DNA from: an uncultured archaeon
GTDB taxonomy: Archaea > Asgardarchaeota > Heimdallarchaeia > Heimdallarchaeales > Kariarchaeaceae
Length of the DNA stretch: 64,000 nt
Assembly: GCA_964645535.1 (NCBI GenBank)
Contig: CAZYCQ010000008.1
Span: 18,696 to 82,695, forward strand
Direction of reading: 5' to 3'
Shown here: piece after piece, positions 18,686 to 29,259 of the stretch
Numbering within the stretch: the first letter of the stretch is position 1
Layout of the letters: each line of letters begins with the position of its first letter
Made by a program: the position numbers and the translations under genes
Notes under the pieces: model-generated
What the model was told of the DNA's origin: nothing
Databases searched by the model: none
The model's input: only the letters and a program-made list of their open reading frames with translations

Positions 18686-20596
18686 TTATTGCTTCCTTTT
18701 ATTTCGGATTAGGTTCGATATGAAAAGCCCAATCTTTACGCCTATCAATAAGATCGGCACACCAAAAAGGTTGATCAGCCAGAATTGTATCCTTTTTTCA
18801 TTTTGTAGAGGGTTCAACCCCAATTTTGGTTCTAAGGAGTCCTGAATCCCATCTCCATCCGTATCCGCCTTCAAAGGCGAAGTTTTAGACGTTAAAAGTT
18901 CATACCCATCAGACCACCCATCCCCATCTGTATCATTTATCAAGGGATTTGTAAAGTAAAGCAGAACTTCATCCTTATCCGAAATCCCATCATGATCTGT
19001 ATCAGGATTTAAAGGATCGATACCACGGGAATGTTCGAAGAAATCATCAAGACCATCTTGGTCAGTGTCTGAAGAGTTAAGAAGCAGACCGAGATTAAAT
19101 TCATCATAATCAGACAATCCATCTTGATCGGAATCACTAATGAATGGATTGCTGAATAGCCGATATTCTTTTTGATTGGACAACCCATCACCATCTTCAT
19201 CTCCTATAGGATTATAGAGTCTCATGACAAAGGAAATGGGAGTTTCCAGCAAAGAACCATCGCCATTCGGGAAATTGGCTCCAGTTGTCAGTCCAGTTAT
19301 AAAAACATCATTTTGATAGATTTCAAGATTGAATGGTAGATCCACCCCATTTGACCAGAGAAGATTATTGGAGACAGATATTCCAGAAGAGTTCAAGATT
19401 AGTAGATAAATGGATGAAGCATCGTTCGTTTCAAAGCCATAGCCATCATCGGAATTAAATCGAATGTTATTGCTCGAATGACCTAAGATGTAAATTTGAT
19501 CATTCAAGAAGACGGCATCAGAGATGTACTCATCACCAATTGACCCGTATTGGTTGTAATCGATGATATCAAGGGATTTGTTTATTGTGAGCAGATGGAT
19601 ATCAGAATTGGAAGTTGTTTGTCCATTAGATGGGTTTCTGTTGGAATAAGACAGTAGAATGAGGTTGTCATCGATTTCATCCATCCACATAGGACTGTCC
19701 AAGAGAGGAAGGACAGATGCATTCTCAAGTGAAACTGAGTTTATGGAAGGGTTATATTCGAAAATGAAATTCTTCAGATCTGTTTGGGAGATGACTGTTG
19801 AGTTGGAAAGACCCGTTAGAATTACTGATTGATTGAAGATAGCGACTTGTTCTATAGAATCGAAACCATCACCCCCTATGAAAGTACTGGTTTTTACATT
19901 TCCATCAACGGAAATTGTTAAAATAAATCCATCCGCACTTCCATTCAGAAAAGTGTCTGTAGGATTTACAAGAGGAAAGTCATCTGAATTGGTGCTGCCA
20001 ACTATGTGAATTTCTTGCTTTGTTTCATCAAAAAAGACATCATGAATACTTTCATTCCCGGAACCACCCCAATATGAGCTTTGTGTGATGTTCCCCTCAG
20101 AAGATATCTTCGCAAAGAAAAGATCTGTTCCACCAGAATATGATGAAGAGTTCACAGGAAGGTCAGGCGAGTCTGTGAGTCCGGTAATTAATATAGAGGA
20201 ATCTGGCAAACCCACTACATCAAACAATGTTTCATTCCCGGATCCTCCAAAATACCTGAACCAAGTGAATCTCGTTTTATCGAATTGAGAAATCAGGATA
20301 TCGAGCCCTCCAGCGAGAGGTGAAAGAGGAGAAGACCGGATAAAGGAGCCAAAATCCATATGTGTTTCAGGATTATATGTGCCAACGAAAAATTGTGTAT
20401 CAGGAGAAACATGGTGGATGAATGGGATAAAGGGATCGTTCAAAGAATTTGCAAATTCTAGTTTTGAATGGATCGGGAAAAAATCATTTTGAAAAGAGAA
20501 AAACGCTTCGTTTCCTCCATTTTGCCCTTGAACACCAATAGGGAGGAATTGGGAAAAGAAAAGCATCAGAACAAGAACAACAACATACGCTTTCAT
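18686..20596 (-). CDS. Cell-surface protein: SBBP-like beta-propeller + TSP3-like Ca-binding repeats + C-terminal TM
   Basis: Signal peptide; YFGGSGNE, ITGLTDSPDLP and IVGSTNSDDFP repeats; about 7 DxDxDG motifs; TM plus basic tail. Confidence 0.82.
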   Translation of the reverse strand: MKAYVVVLVLMLFFSQFLPIGVQGQNGGNEAFFSFQNDFFPIHSKLEFANSLNDPFIPFIHHVSPDTQFFVGTYNPETHMDFGSFIRSSPLSPLAGGLDILISQFDKTRFTWFRYFGGSGNETLFDVVGLPDSSILITGLTDSPDLPVNSSSYSGGTDLFFAKISSEGNITQSSYWGGSGNESIHDVFFDETKQEIHIVGSTNSDDFPLVNPTDTFLNGSADGFILTISVDGNVKTSTFIGGDGFDSIEQVAIFNQSVILTGLSNSTVISQTDLKNFIFEYNPSINSVSLENASVLPLLDSPMWMDEIDDNLILLSYSNRNPSNGQTTSNSDIHLLTINKSLDIIDYNQYGSIGDEYISDAVFLNDQIYILGHSSNNIRFNSDDGYGFETNDASSIYLLILNSSGISVSNNLLWSNGVDLPFNLEIYQNDVFITGLTTGANFPNGDGSLLETPISFVMRLYNPIGDEDGDGLSNQKEYRLFSNPFISDSDQDGLSDYDEFNLGLLLNSSDTDQDGLDDFFEHSRGIDPLNPDTDHDGISDKDEVLLYFTNPLINDTDGDGWSDGYELLTSKTSPLKADTDGDGIQDSLEPKLGLNPLQNEKRIQFWLINLFGVPILLIGVKIGLFISNLIRNKRKQ

Positions 20597-22384
20597 TCAT
20601 TGCTCACCTCCCAAAAGTTTATACTCATCCCAATTTGTACTTACTTTCAATTGACTGTGGAATGGCAGATTGGAACTGAAGAAAAAGAAGCCTTTTGGTG
20701 CCTTGATCACATTGAATGTTAAAATGAGAAGATGAAGGACGGCAAACACGAAAAAGGAGACCTGCCCAATAAATATCCATAATTGACTACTGCTCATGCT
20801 GTTCACCATATTCCAATCAGTGCGAATTGCAAAGAATTCAAGAATTGACAACATGACCAAAAATGCATTGGATGCAACCAATACCAACACCTCTAAAAAA
20901 AGAACAGAGAGGAAAGTCATTCGGATGAATCTTAACAAACTTTCTTTGAGATCCAAGAATCCCCTTTCCCGGAACATTTTAAATTCATTTTTCATTCGTT
21001 CTTCATCAAACATTGTGAACAAGGTTCCTTCTTTGAAAACCGTAATAACCCAATTTTTCGTTATTTTTCGAATATGAGAACCCATTAACTTGATGTCTTG
21101 AATCATTAGATCATCTTGGATATAGGTAACATCACGGAAAAAGTATAATAAAATAAAATGAACAACAAATGGAACAAAGGAAAGAAGAAGAGGATAAAGA
21201 TAGAAATTGGAGAGAATCTCCTGTAGGTATAAAAGACCTAAAATCCAAACCCCAGTCAGTAATTGGGTGATGAGAAGAGTACCATACTCTGAAAAATATG
21301 TAAGATCAATGATATTCTCCTTGGGAACATCAGGGGCGGTAATGGTGAATTGAATTTCTTCAGAAGAGAAGTTGAGGTTCCTAAGAAGATCATTCAGGAA
21401 ATTGGCAAGATTCTTTATCATTAAAGGAGGAGTTTGGAAGATAATCGAAGAAGCATCAAAAAAACCGATCCTGATCGTTTCGATGGAATTTTCATATATG
21501 GAAAAGGAATTGAGAATCACTAAGGTTCCTATTGCTAGAACAACAGACCTAAATGTCAGGTAACTGAGATCGGTAAGATAAAGATAATGTTCATAATGAA
21601 AGATCAAAACGAAGAAGATAAACAAGAAGAAAGCCCCGAATAAGGCAAAAAGAAAAATAATGGGAGCTAGGATGAATTTAGTCAGAGTGCTGATTCCGTT
21701 GAGTATAAGTTCAGAAGATTTATTTTTTGAGATTTGGATACCCTGTACACCTTCCTCCAATCGGAGGGAAAATACAGCGGGGTTCTGGCGAATGGAAGGA
21801 ATTAGGGAAAAAAGCACAAGAAGAAGTGAAAGGAAGATAATTGGGTCTTTTAGAACATTCATCGAGAAAGCAATAACATATAGAAAAATTAATCGAAGTA
21901 TTTTGGAAATTAGTTGAATGGTTTCCAATTGGAATTGATCTTCCAATTTTGGATCACGGTATCCATAAAGCATATTTCCCTCAATTATTAGACACATTAT
22001 CGGTTTCGGCTCAAAACTTTGGATTACAATTGTTCCGATTTTTTTATAGAGATAAAAATAAACCACTGAGGAAAGGAGGAATTGAAACAATATAAAATTG
22101 GGAAAAACAGGATTGTCAGTTCCATAAAGAAATGCCATCAATGAATAAAACAATGGTCCGGAAAGATCTGGAGTAATAGTACCGATGATTGAGGCATATG
22201 CACTTGATGAATTCAGATAGGTTATGAAGATGAGGAATTGTGAGAAAAAAGGCAACATAAGTGCAACAGAACCCAAAATTTTGTTCGAGGCAATGGGTTT
22301 GCTATGGTGGTAAATTCTCCCATCACCTTTAAGGGACAAAGAGATAATGGAGTTTAAAGTCTCAGCAGGGTTCATTTTTGTCAC
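20597..22384 (-). CDS. Hypothetical polytopic membrane protein
   Basis: About 10 TM segments in pairs; GTGA overlap with the upstream gene; stop abuts the next ATG. Confidence 0.75.
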   Translation of the reverse strand: MTKMNPAETLNSIISLSLKGDGRIYHHSKPIASNKILGSVALMLPFFSQFLIFITYLNSSSAYASIIGTITPDLSGPLFYSLMAFLYGTDNPVFPNFILFQFLLSSVVYFYLYKKIGTIVIQSFEPKPIMCLIIEGNMLYGYRDPKLEDQFQLETIQLISKILRLIFLYVIAFSMNVLKDPIIFLSLLLVLFSLIPSIRQNPAVFSLRLEEGVQGIQISKNKSSELILNGISTLTKFILAPIIFLFALFGAFFLFIFFVLIFHYEHYLYLTDLSYLTFRSVVLAIGTLVILNSFSIYENSIETIRIGFFDASSIIFQTPPLMIKNLANFLNDLLRNLNFSSEEIQFTITAPDVPKENIIDLTYFSEYGTLLITQLLTGVWILGLLYLQEILSNFYLYPLLLSFVPFVVHFILLYFFRDVTYIQDDLMIQDIKLMGSHIRKITKNWVITVFKEGTLFTMFDEERMKNEFKMFRERGFLDLKESLLRFIRMTFLSVLFLEVLVLVASNAFLVMLSILEFFAIRTDWNMVNSMSSSQLWIFIGQVSFFVFAVLHLLILTFNVIKAPKGFFFFSSNLPFHSQLKVSTNWDEYKLLGGEQ

Positions 22385-22989
22385 TCACCAAGCTTTTCTA
22401 ACAGAAAACGGACGAGATTTTCATCGGGATTGACAATCTTGAATCGAATATTGGAATTGAAGGTCTCGACCTCAATGGTTTTTGCAAATGGATCCAAGAA
22501 CTTGACAATGGAAACAAGGAAATTGACAACAGAAATTATTAATTGGCTATCCCCAACCAAAGAGGTGTATGATGTAGGTGTCAAACCAGTCAATAAGAAA
22601 ATCACTGCGGCAACGAGCCAAACGATCCTTTTATGACCGCCTCGATACCGAAGACTCATCAGACCTTCGACATTGATTTTCGTGAATCCCTTCACTTGAG
22701 AAACGAATTCTTCAAGTAACGTTCTTGGCATGAAATCCCGAAAAACGACAGAGTTGTCGTCTGCGTAAACCAATTGCTTCCGAAAAGAGTGTAAAGCAAA
22801 ACCGATCAGAAACGGAAGCAATACTAGAGCGCTTAAAAAGTCCCTATTGATCAAAAAATAAATAGACGTGACAAGATAGGAGAAGACACTCCCCAAATTG
22901 ACTTTTTCAGGATTCCATTCAAATTCCTCAGCAAGTGGTTCAAGGTGACCTGCCAACAGTTTGGTTTCGTAGTACGTTTCAAAGTTCAT
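22381..22989 (-). CDS. Hypothetical membrane protein (TM hairpins interleaved with beta strands, bPH-like)
   Basis: Two TM hairpins; ATGA overlap with the upstream gene. Confidence 0.7.
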   Translation of the reverse strand: MNFETYYETKLLAGHLEPLAEEFEWNPEKVNLGSVFSYLVTSIYFLINRDFLSALVLLPFLIGFALHSFRKQLVYADDNSVVFRDFMPRTLLEEFVSQVKGFTKINVEGLMSLRYRGGHKRIVWLVAAVIFLLTGLTPTSYTSLVGDSQLIISVVNFLVSIVKFLDPFAKTIEVETFNSNIRFKIVNPDENLVRFLLEKLGE

Positions 22990-25373
22990 TTTAATGGTTT
23001 CACCTCCATTTGTTCTAATTTCCCAGCCAATTGGTCAAGAAGTCTCTTAAGTAGTTCAATGTTAGAGTTATTTTTATATATTGGATGGGAGGAAATGGTT
23101 TCAATGATGCCATACAAGTTCTTGCATCTTGTGTTCAGGTATTCAGCAGTTGAAATGGAAGCCAACACTTTCAATTGAATGAAATTTTGTTGTATTGGAT
23201 CATCCATTGGATCGGTCTGCGTGATTGTTGACATGATGGCAAATGCTGGAAGAAGAGGGAGAAGGATAAGCCAGTGAGGACGGCGATCTTTTATTGAAAC
23301 AAGTTCAACAATGATTGACCGCAATATCCGAATAACCATCTCAGGAGAAAGGGTTTCTGATGCCAAAGCAGACCTCAAAAGAGAAATGGATCGAATTTTG
23401 ACCGATCGTTTTGTTTTGATGTGAGGTAGATAGAGATAGTAGTAGAAAATAAACGAGATCAAGATATAACCAATAAATATTAACAGAGGAAAGAATTGCA
23501 AATAAATGGAAGTATGAGGATCCAAAAAGAGGTTCATTTCAAGTCCATCATTGATTGAATCACCATCAGTATCAGGATCCAGAGGATCCAGACCTAAAAT
23601 GATTTCTTCATTTGAATTTAAACCATCATTGTCTGGATCTAAATTACTTGACTTGGGAAATAGATGGAAATTGTTTTCTTCGTTGTCAGGAATGAAATTG
23701 ATGTTGCAGTCCCTGTTTAAGTCATTCATTCCCAAATTCAGTTCTTCTTCGAAGGTATATCCATCCTGATCTTTATCAACACCGACATCTGAATAATTGG
23801 AAACTCCTCCGAATTGAAATTCTTGAAGATCCGTAAAGGTATCATTATCGCTATCCAAAAGAGTATCATCACTTTTGAAATAGTTTTCCTGGATTGCCAA
23901 CAGACCATCCCTGTCTTGGTCAATAAGAAGCGTATCCGGAATTTGAAATCCCAACAATAAATTTGGAGTAAATTCATAGGGGCGTTCTGTTTTCAGGTCA
24001 ACAGTAATAGACATGAAACCGACAAATTTCAGAGGATTCTCATTCTCAATCGAACGACCAGGAACTTCATTCAGGAATTGAATGAATGAATCATTTGACC
24101 AATAGTTAATCACGATTCCTTCATGATGTGGAATCTCGAATGCATAAGTAACTAAATTACGTGTGAGAACGGTAACTAAAGCAGAATCTGCAATGACTAA
24201 CTCATTGAAACCATCATCATTAATATCAGTTAGAATTAGAGGGGGGGAGGAAATAACAAAATTATTCAGCAATGGAATAGAAAGAAATGTGTGATTGGAA
24301 ACCAAAAATATTTCATTTTTTGCAATTACCAAAGTTTCAAGTTCACCACTTCCAGTGAAATAAACATCAGGAATTAATCGATAATTTACCTTCGTTTGAA
24401 AAAGAGATCTAATGATTTGCTCTAACTGAATATTCCGGAAATATGGAATAATTGTTCCATTTGGGAAAAGCATTCCCAATTCAAGCCGTTTATTATTGTC
24501 CCTACGAATCAACTGAACCAGACGATAATATGAATTCCGATAAAAAAGAGGATCAGACAATATTGTTAGATCCACATATTGATCATAGGTCAAACAGTTC
24601 CCTAGTGCAAATTCATTCAATTCACAGAATAAATAAGTAGGCGGGAGTAGATCCATGTCATTATTAGTGGATGTGTTAAAATAAGCAAATTGCACCAAAA
24701 ATTTCGGGGTAATGCCAGGGAAGCCGACTATATTTGTGATATTCGTGGTTAAACCGCCAGTCATTATTGGAGAACTATTCAACAAATTAAGATCATAATC
24801 GAAAATCCTAAGAGAAGAATTTATGTTGACGACGAATTCGGTTGATCCATCGTGATTCAGGTCATTAACCCAAATTTTGTCTGGTGAATTGAAAGATTGT
24901 CGGTCTTTTAGAAGAGTGAAACTGACATTATTTAATTCTGCATCCAATCGTTCATAAACATCAATACCATTGAGGGTGTAGAAAATCCCCAATTGAGATT
25001 GACCATTTACAGATATTGTAAAGAGTTTGTTCTTATCTAGATGAACCTCTGTTGAATTTCTAAGAAATCGCAATTGATAATATCTTGTTTGGAAATATGA
25101 CTGAAGAATATCATTGTTTCCAAGAACAAAGATAGGATCATTTTCTGACAAAGTAAAATTGTTAATAAGGGCATTGTTCTCAGGAAATGAAAGATTGTCG
25201 GTGTCTGGAAAAAAGAGATACTTTTGGACATGGATTTGTTTTTTCCCAAATGAATTGTAATTTTCTGGAAACTGACTTTTGGGAAGAAGAAATGAGGCGT
25301 ACCCAACAAGGAGTAGGAGACCAAGGAAAATTGTGGGAAAAACATACCGATTGAGCTTGTAATGACCCATCAT
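22986..25373 (-). CDS. Membrane-anchored surface protein with FG-GAP/VCBS-like and TSP3-like repeats and cytoplasmic tail
   Basis: N-terminal anchor; VNDLNHDGSTEFVV and LTDINDDGFNELVI; several DxDxDG motifs; TM; ~145-aa helical tail. Confidence 0.78.
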   Translation of the reverse strand: MMGHYKLNRYVFPTIFLGLLLLVGYASFLLPKSQFPENYNSFGKKQIHVQKYLFFPDTDNLSFPENNALINNFTLSENDPIFVLGNNDILQSYFQTRYYQLRFLRNSTEVHLDKNKLFTISVNGQSQLGIFYTLNGIDVYERLDAELNNVSFTLLKDRQSFNSPDKIWVNDLNHDGSTEFVVNINSSLRIFDYDLNLLNSSPIMTGGLTTNITNIVGFPGITPKFLVQFAYFNTSTNNDMDLLPPTYLFCELNEFALGNCLTYDQYVDLTILSDPLFYRNSYYRLVQLIRRDNNKRLELGMLFPNGTIIPYFRNIQLEQIIRSLFQTKVNYRLIPDVYFTGSGELETLVIAKNEIFLVSNHTFLSIPLLNNFVISSPPLILTDINDDGFNELVIADSALVTVLTRNLVTYAFEIPHHEGIVINYWSNDSFIQFLNEVPGRSIENENPLKFVGFMSITVDLKTERPYEFTPNLLLGFQIPDTLLIDQDRDGLLAIQENYFKSDDTLLDSDNDTFTDLQEFQFGGVSNYSDVGVDKDQDGYTFEEELNLGMNDLNRDCNINFIPDNEENNFHLFPKSSNLDPDNDGLNSNEEIILGLDPLDPDTDGDSINDGLEMNLFLDPHTSIYLQFFPLLIFIGYILISFIFYYYLYLPHIKTKRSVKIRSISLLRSALASETLSPEMVIRILRSIIVELVSIKDRRPHWLILLPLLPAFAIMSTITQTDPMDDPIQQNFIQLKVLASISTAEYLNTRCKNLYGIIETISSHPIYKNNSNIELLKRLLDQLAGKLEQMEVKPLK

Positions 25374-25581
25374 ATTGACAAGAGACAGAATATTAATAAA
25401 TAAGGTTCATTTGAATTTTTATTCCTAACCGAAATTTTTTTTACCGAAGTTGAGGAGTTCATCGATCATGAACCATTGAAAGTGATGGAGGTAGTAGATA
25501 CATAGCTTTAATCCCATATCAAAGTCTTCTATTCGGCGTATTAGAAACAATATTTTATAATGGAGAGGAAGAAGTGAGCTT

Positions 25582-28308
25582 GTGCTATCCAAGACCTACG
25601 TGCCTAAAGAATTTGAAAGTGATATCTACAAGTGGTGGAATGAAAACGGATATTTCAAGCCGGAAACCCTTGTAGAAAAAGGCATCATTCCGAAGGATGC
25701 CGAACCCTTCTGCATCACCATCCCACCACCCAACGTCACAGGAGTTTTGCACCTCGGTCATGCCATGACCATTGCAATTGAGGATTTGATGATACGGTAT
25801 GCAAGAATGCAGGGAAAGAAAGCACTGTTTATCCCGGGATGCGATCATGCAGGAATTGCTACGCAAAATGTGGTGGAACGAGAGCTTTTGAAAAAGGGGA
25901 TCAGAAGAAAGGAACTGGGACGTGAAAAATTCTTGGAAGAGGTCTGGAAATGGAAGGAACATTCCCATCGCATTATCACAGAACAATTGATCAAGTTAGG
26001 CCTAAGTTCCGACTGGGATCGTGAACGTTTTACCATGGATGACATGCTTTCACAGGCAGTCCGAGAGGCATTTGTTACTCTGTATGAACGGGGATTGATT
26101 TATAGGGGCAATTATCTGGTCAACTGGTGTCCGGGACGATGTGAATCTGCAATCTCCGATTTGGAAGCAGAGCCTAAGGAAATTGAAGGGAAACTGTATA
26201 CAATAAGATACCCGATAAAAACAGATGAATGGAACGAGCCTAAAGGAGAATGGGGATCCGGCAAGTGGGCTGAAGGTGCAAAGGAATTCATAGAAGTGGC
26301 CACAACCAGACCTGAAACGTTGTTGGGAGATTCTGCGGTGGCAGTTCCTCCAGGAGGTGGAAAATTTGGGAGTTTTGTTGGCAAAACCGCAATACTACCG
26401 GTCTTGGGAAGGGAAATTCCAATTATCGAGGATCAGCATGTTGATGCGGAATTTGGAACTGGGGCTGTGAAGGTTACACCTGCACATGACTTCAATGATT
26501 ATGAAATCGGAAAAAGGCACAACCTTCCGATGTATTCCATATTTGATGAAAAATCAGTTCTCCTTGAGGAATATGGAGGAAAATATGCTGGGATGGATCG
26601 CTTTGAGGCACGTAAGGCAATTGTGGAAGATCTAAAGAAGGAAGGCCTGCTTGTTAAAGTAGAAGATTATACGCATATGGTTCCCCACTGTCAGAGATGT
26701 CATACTATTGTTGAACCAAGAAATTCCCTTCAATGGTTTGTGAAGACCAAGCCTCTTGCGAAAAAGGTCATCGATCTCATTGAGACGGAAGGAATGGAAT
26801 TCATTCCGCCAAAAATGAAAGACCGATTATACCAATGGATCAATCCGGAAACGATACGGGACTGGTGTATTTCCCGCCAGCTTTGGTGGGGACATAGGAT
26901 ACCAATTTGGTACTGCAATGACTGTGACGGGGTGACAACAGGAAGAGAAGACCCAACAACCTGTTCCAAATGTGGCGGACCCAACATCTACCAAGAAGAG
27001 GATGTTCTTGACACATGGTTCTCATCAGGTCTTTGGCCATTTTCAACATTGGGATGGCCTCAGGAAACTGAAGATTTCAAGGAATTTTTCCCCAATGACA
27101 TTAGAGAGACCGGATATGACATCATCTTTTTCTGGATTGCAAGGGAACTCATGCTTTCGGCAGAATTGACTGGGCGGCTTCCCTATAAGGTCACCTATTA
27201 TCATGGCCTCATCAGGGATGAGCATGGGAAGAAAATCAGCAAATCCATGGAAAACATAGATGAGTATGATCCTCTCAATTTCATTGAAAAGTTCGGTGCA
27301 GACACACTGAGATACACATTGGTCATTTATTCAACCCCTGGTCTTGACACGAATCTTGACCCCAAAAACATTGAGGGGAGCCATAAATTTGGGAATAAGA
27401 TTTGGCAGGCAGTCAGGTTCATTTTGGGAAATCTCCAAGAAGATTTCAAATATACACCACCAAAGGCATCAGACAACCTTACGACAGCTGATCGATGGAT
27501 ACTCTATGAAACCAACAAGATGGTGGAAAGAGTCACAGATTACATGAATGGTTACAATTACCTTGAAGCAGGACGAGAAATCCGTCGTTTCTTCTGGAAT
27601 CTATTTGCAGACTGGTACATTGAGATCAGCAAACTCAGAATCTATGAGAAAAACTACACAGAAATTGACCCAAGACATGTCCTGATCTACACGATCGACA
27701 GAATTCTGAGGGTTTTGCATCCATTCATGCCATTCATGACTGAGAAGCTCTGGCAAGCACTTCCACAAGAGGTTCACGACCAGGAAGCCTTAATGGTTGC
27801 CAGATGGCCGAAAATTGATAAGGAATTCCTGTCTTTTGATCAAGGAGAACTTTTCGAACGTTTCATGGATACTGTGGGAATGATCAGAAGGATCAGGGGA
27901 GAATTCAACATCCCCTACAACAAGGACATGACAGTACTGGTTTCTGCTGGCCCTTGGGAAACAGGCTTGCAATCTCTTTCGACGGAGATCAAGAGCCTTA
28001 CCAAGACAAAAAGGTTAGAGATCTCAAAGACAATCAATGCACCCAAAAAATCCATTACAGCAGTTACAGGAGACATTACCGTTTACATACCTATGGAAGG
28101 ACTCATAGAGATTGATGCAGAAATTGCGAGAATTGACAAAGAATTGCAGAAACTGGAAAAACAGATTGGATCAATTGAAAGGAAGCTTTCATCGGAATTT
28201 GCAAAACGAGCACCTCCTGAATTGGTTGAAAAAGAAAAGAACAAGCTGGAGGAATTGAAGGTGGCAAAATCCGAACTTCAAGGCAAACGGGCACAGCTTT
28301 CAGAGTAG
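25582..28308 (+). CDS. valS: Valine--tRNA ligase
   Basis: PPPNVTGVLHLGH, GCDHAGIATQ, ATTRPET, DWCISRQLWWGH, KISKS; C-terminal coiled coil. Confidence 0.98.
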   Translation: MLSKTYVPKEFESDIYKWWNENGYFKPETLVEKGIIPKDAEPFCITIPPPNVTGVLHLGHAMTIAIEDLMIRYARMQGKKALFIPGCDHAGIATQNVVERELLKKGIRRKELGREKFLEEVWKWKEHSHRIITEQLIKLGLSSDWDRERFTMDDMLSQAVREAFVTLYERGLIYRGNYLVNWCPGRCESAISDLEAEPKEIEGKLYTIRYPIKTDEWNEPKGEWGSGKWAEGAKEFIEVATTRPETLLGDSAVAVPPGGGKFGSFVGKTAILPVLGREIPIIEDQHVDAEFGTGAVKVTPAHDFNDYEIGKRHNLPMYSIFDEKSVLLEEYGGKYAGMDRFEARKAIVEDLKKEGLLVKVEDYTHMVPHCQRCHTIVEPRNSLQWFVKTKPLAKKVIDLIETEGMEFIPPKMKDRLYQWINPETIRDWCISRQLWWGHRIPIWYCNDCDGVTTGREDPTTCSKCGGPNIYQEEDVLDTWFSSGLWPFSTLGWPQETEDFKEFFPNDIRETGYDIIFFWIARELMLSAELTGRLPYKVTYYHGLIRDEHGKKISKSMENIDEYDPLNFIEKFGADTLRYTLVIYSTPGLDTNLDPKNIEGSHKFGNKIWQAVRFILGNLQEDFKYTPPKASDNLTTADRWILYETNKMVERVTDYMNGYNYLEAGREIRRFFWNLFADWYIEISKLRIYEKNYTEIDPRHVLIYTIDRILRVLHPFMPFMTEKLWQALPQEVHDQEALMVARWPKIDKEFLSFDQGELFERFMDTVGMIRRIRGEFNIPYNKDMTVLVSAGPWETGLQSLSTEIKSLTKTKRLEISKTINAPKKSITAVTGDITVYIPMEGLIEIDAEIARIDKELQKLEKQIGSIERKLSSEFAKRAPPELVEKEKNKLEELKVAKSELQGKRAQLSE

Positions 28309-28338
28309 CCTAATATAGATCAAGAATAATGGGAAGAC

Positions 28339-29259
28339 ATGGATAGGGCAATTGCTCAAGCACCTGCAACAATTGCAAATGTCTGTGTTGGTTTCGACAT
28401 TCTTGGCTTTGCAGTCCCTATTCTGAAGGACACAGTCATTGTTTCGAAAGCAAGTGAAGGGGTAGTTATCAAGAAAGTTGTTGGAATGAATCTGCCCACA
28501 GAAGCTAGGGAAAATACCGCGGGTCGTGGTCTCCAAAAAATGATTGAAGTGCTTGATCTCCCATTTGGGTTCGAGGTTGAAGTCAAAAAAGGAATACCTT
28601 TGGGTTCAGGTCTCGGCGGATCGGCAGCTTCGGCAGTAGCTTCCGTGGTAGCTGCAAATGCACTTCTGGATCGCCCTCTGCCAAAGGATGAGTTATTTCA
28701 ATTTGCATTGGTTGGAGAGAGTGCAGCTACAGGTGGAGTTGTGCATGGAGATAATGTTGCAGCAGCCTTGTTGGGAGGATTGACCATGTGCCTCCGTCCA
28801 AAAAGCGAAGATAAAGACTTAACTGCTTTCTCTCTTCCAATACCAGATATCCATTGTGTCATAGTTCATCCGGATCAAGTAATAGAAACAAAAGAAGCAC
28901 GGAAAATACTTGCAGAGCAGATTCCCCTCAAAGATCACGTCAATCAATCCATGAGATTGGCCGCATTCATGATGGCGATTTTTACAGAAGACCTTACCCT
29001 TCTGGGCAATTTTTTTGAGGACATCGTGATCGAGCCGCAAAGGGCATCACTGATTCCTTCCTTTTACAAATTAAAGGAAGTAGCAGTACGAAATGGGGCA
29101 CTTGGATTTTCAATTGCAGGAGCAGGTCCTACAATGTTTGGATGGTATCGAACCTCAGAACAGGCACAAAAAACTCGACAATTGTTTGAAAATATGGGGT
29201 TTCAATCATGGACTTGCCAAATCGACAGGCAGGGAGCAACAGTCATTCATTCAGAATAG
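28339..29259 (+). CDS. thrB: Homoserine kinase
   Basis: APATIANVCVGFDILG, KGIPLGSGLGGSAAS, HGDNVA, EPQR, IAGAGPT. Confidence 0.95.
   Translation: MDRAIAQAPATIANVCVGFDILGFAVPILKDTVIVSKASEGVVIKKVVGMNLPTEARENTAGRGLQKMIEVLDLPFGFEVEVKKGIPLGSGLGGSAASAVASVVAANALLDRPLPKDELFQFALVGESAATGGVVHGDNVAAALLGGLTMCLRPKSEDKDLTAFSLPIPDIHCVIVHPDQVIETKEARKILAEQIPLKDHVNQSMRLAAFMMAIFTEDLTLLGNFFEDIVIEPQRASLIPSFYKLKEVAVRNGALGFSIAGAGPTMFGWYRTSEQAQKTRQLFENMGFQSWTCQIDRQGATVIHSE

Noticed and set aside
18830-19210. Recurring ccatc/atcc DNA motifs resembling a repeat array
   Set aside because: Explained by DxDxDG protein repeats; no constant repeat-spacer structure, so not CRISPR.
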